A stretch of 64,000 bases of DNA from Camelus dromedarius (lineage: Eukaryota): positions 71,798,001 through 71,862,000 of the forward strand of contig NC_087437.1 in assembly GCF_036321535.1 (NCBI RefSeq), written 5' to 3'. Numbering within the stretch: position 1 is the first letter of the stretch; every line of letters begins with the position of its first letter. Under the pieces are notes generated by a model. It saw nothing but the letters and a program-made list of their open reading frames with translations, was not told the origin of the DNA and searched no databases. Of this stretch, positions 60,696 through 64,000 are shown piece after piece. The translations under genes were made by a program, and so were the position numbers.

Positions 60696-63600
60696 GCTCT
60701 GAGATTAATGTCCTTTAAGACTTGAAGACCCATTGTATTTTAACAACTCCAGACATATGCGCTATCATCTCTTTGCTCACGGTTCCTTATTAAGATGTAC
60801 AAAATTAAGCAATGGCCCGATTTTGCTGCCCTACAACACATGCATCAGGAGTTCAACAAATATTCTTGGCTGAAAAAAAAGCAGTAACACCTACATTCTA
60901 CACAGTGTTTTACAGAATCTCACAATAGCCCTGTGGGACAGAAGATGCCTAGACAGTGCTATAGCGTTCCCAAGTTTGTGGCAAGCCAATTTCTAGCCTT
61001 TCAATCTCCACCCAACACTAGTCAACATTTATATCACTTAAGCTAATGACCTCTCCCACCACCGCCCCCTGCCCCCGTTTATGCCCCCTCTCTGCACTCT
61101 CTTGATGATGATAATGATGATAATGATCATAATTTCTCTGTAGTGTCTCTACTTGTTTGCAGAGAAAAGGGAAAGATCCCTGTCAGATAGTAGATCATTT
61201 GGGACAAGAAGTTCTGGAGATGTGTTTACAGAAAGGAAAACACAGCCCCAACCCCTTTCTGACTCTCCACTTGCAGCTCCAGATCGAGTTCACCTCGACC
61301 TCATCAGTGAATGCACAAAGCCACAACAAACCACCTGCTCTTTTTGCACCTACTGGTTTCTAATTACAGCCTATGGCCAGGGCTCTAGCCACACAAGTAA
61401 ACAATAAAGGAAAATGGTAACATAGTGGCTGGAGAGGAAACAGGAGCATCCACTCCCAAGGCTTCTGGCGCTCATAGCTGACAAAAGATCCAAGGTAAAA
61501 GGAATTAATTAGAGCTCGGGTAGACAGCACAAAGTATATAAACACACCAGTCCCAGGAACTGAACAGCACTTAAGGCAGATCTTAACAGCTTGAAGTCCG
61601 CTTCTCCTAGGATGAAGGACTTTTGCAAGTGAGCCATGTGGAGCCGTGTGTGAACACAAACTTTGCTGTCCTAAGCAGGCTCAGGGGAAGAAGGCTGGAA
61701 CACCGGAAGGTGCCCGCTGAAAGCGATGGAGCCCTGAGAGGAATAGGACATATTACCCCAGGAAATACACCAGGGAGCAACCAACGCTCAGTCTGCAATA
61801 CACACAGAACCACAGAAAAGGCACTTTCCCCAAACCATCCAGAAGAATAACAGGATTTGGCTCAGTGGGAGAGTAGGAGAGACAAGGTTTTCTGCTTAGT
61901 GTTCATGGTGAGCAGAGCAGATAAAGCAGCTGGCAACCCCAAAGTCACTCCTGATGAGAGATACAAGTCCCTGGGGATGGCTCAGGGCAGAAGTCAGGTC
62001 AGTTCAGCAAAACCACACTGAGCACCCACTAGGTGCCACGTGGTGTATGGGGGAGTGGCAGGGCCACAGAGAAGACCAGGCAGTATCCCACCCTTGAAGA
62101 GCTTGGAAGCTCCTCAATGTTCACCTGGACTGTATCTTTCCACTACACCAACTTAAAATGCAGCGTGGCCTCAAGAAAAGATCAGAGTCAAAGATAAACT
62201 TGATTTTACAAAGCACAGGCAAAGCACCAGAACCACTAGCAAAAGCATCAGAAGCAGGACAAAAGAAACACGGCACACACTGGAGCACAGACACACACTC
62301 AGGCTCTGCTCAGCACAGCAGTTCTCCAACACAGGCCTTTTCACAGGTCCTGGGTTCAACCCCCAGTATCACCATTAAACCTCTCTTCAGCTGGCATCCG
62401 ACTGCACTGTGACTCGGACAGTTTCTCTCCAAGACTCTCCTGCAAGCAAGAAACCCTCACCCTGACACTGAGGAAGAACCACTTTGATGCAGGACAGAAG
62501 AATCTCTCAGAGTCATGTTGAAGGAAAAAAATAGATCACATTAGCGAATCATCTAGAATGACTGGTACAAAGCAGTTTGTTCAATAAATGACAGCAACTT
62601 TTCAAATCTGAGTAACTCCCTTCAGGGTTACTCATAGGAGTATTTTCATTAGTCTGATCCTTGTTGCAGATTATTCCTAGTATTTTAATACAAAAGGTTT
62701 AAGAATAGGTAAATTTCTCAGGCACCAGACCCCCTCACCCAGGCTTTCCAGGCATCTTGCTCTGGGCATGTATACTCACTAAGTCTCAGACAGACCGACG
62801 ACAGACACACGTGCATGTGCACATGTGCTCACAGTGAGCAGCTCCAGCTTTCCGGCTCCAGCGGGTAAGTGTGCTTTCGAATCATGAGAGTTTACTTTCT
62901 TTCCCACCTGACCTCACACAAACCCACTTTCTTCACCTCTCTGACCCCCAAATGTACACATTCAGTCCCCCACCCACCCCCACCCCCAATCTTCCTCAAT
63001 TAGAAAGCTCTTTTAAACCACCTAAAACTTAAAATAAATACCAGTTTGGAAACGTGAAGCATGCTCCAGTCCGTCTGACTGTCCCTGCTTTCTCTGCTGG
63101 AAGCCCACGACCCAAACTGCTGTAGGTTCTCCCAAACTTGCGAAGCCCGGGCCTTGGTGCAAGGCTGCCACCCCCGGAGTAAACAAACATGGCGCCCCGC
63201 CAGCTGGGTCAGGCACCACTATTTATAGCCGAGCAAAGTGTGGGCGTGATGGAGGGTGGGGAGCGGAGGGGGTGGGGATAATGTGAGCAGCTACTCCTGG
63301 TTCCACAGCTGCAGCGAGGATCCCTGCCGACGTTCTGCTGTCCCAGGTGCAATCCATCCTGTGTGACTAATACCATCATCCCTGTGCTGGAGGGAAGCCG
63401 GAAGCCTCATTGCTGTAGCCCCAGCACCTATCGCGGTGTTTGGCATGTAATAGGAGTGCAGTAAGTATTTGTTGATTAAATGAACAGATGAACTTTTTTC
63501 TTCCTGCCTACCCTACAAGGTTGCAGATGGAGGAGGGGGAGTAGGTGGAGGGAAGGTTAGTGAGGAATGTTTAAAATAGTGCTTCTAAAAACCTATACAG

Positions 63601-64000
63601 GATGTTCACTACAAAAAAAAATTTAGGGAACTGCTCTGCTAAGAAAAGCTAATTAGGTTCTTTGCTGCAGGCCTTTTCAGAGCCTTTAATGTGCTATTAT
63701 GCATTGTGAAGCACCAAGAGGGGGATAGAGTATGCACTGAAGGCTGAACTCGCTTAACCACAGGCCTGGCCTTATTTGACCACAGGCTTCGACCGACTTG
63801 ACCACAGTACTCTTTTTCTCAGAGTACCATTAGTGAGGAAAATTTCATCAAATACACTTTGGGAAATGTTGGCATAAGAGGTTCCTGGAGAATATCCCAA
63901 AAGCAACTTGTAAAACAGCATCCCATGTCTGTAATTTTTTAAAAATTGCATGTGAATCTATCATGTATAGTTATTTGGGTTGTCACAGGAAAAGGTCGAG

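Noticed and set aside
61104..61133. GAT/GATAAT short repeat
   Set aside because: Ordinary degenerate microsatellite
1..64000. CRISPR arrays, operons, prophage, NUMT, processed pseudogenes, snoRNA or miRNA genes
   Set aside because: No repeat-spacer structure or recognisable sequence seen; small RNAs cannot be excluded without an Rfam search

Overview
Mammalian genomic DNA containing two convergent spliced genes. No prokaryotic features (operons, CRISPR, IS elements) are present. Plus strand, 876-11768: the last six coding exons of CFAP44 (WDR52; coiled-coil C-terminus), stop TGA at 11766-11768. Minus strand, 47688-16111: the complete coding region of BOC (Brother of CDO, Hedgehog co-receptor). 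It has 18 coding exons with GT-AG boundaries and consistent phases, summing to 3348 nt = 1115 aa (signal peptide, 4 Ig, 3 FNIII, TM, cytoplasmic tail). Its upstream non-coding exons and main promoter are probably beyond 64000. Introns hold old eutherian repeats (MIR, L2, L1M, MaLR/ERVL LTRs, hAT and Tigger MITEs) plus young tRNA-derived SINEs and L1 3' ends whose look suggests a camelid host (inference). I see no new protein-coding system; most ORF-track entries are antisense or intronic noise. Best leads: an out-of-frame uORF overlapping the BOC start, inverted L1 copies flanking the AUG exons, a twin-primed L1, a 65-bp templated duplication, convergent CTCF motifs, possible 3'UTR overlap, NAGNAG acceptors and a MEF2/E-box cluster. 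Repeat family names come from recalled consensus sequences, not from a search.
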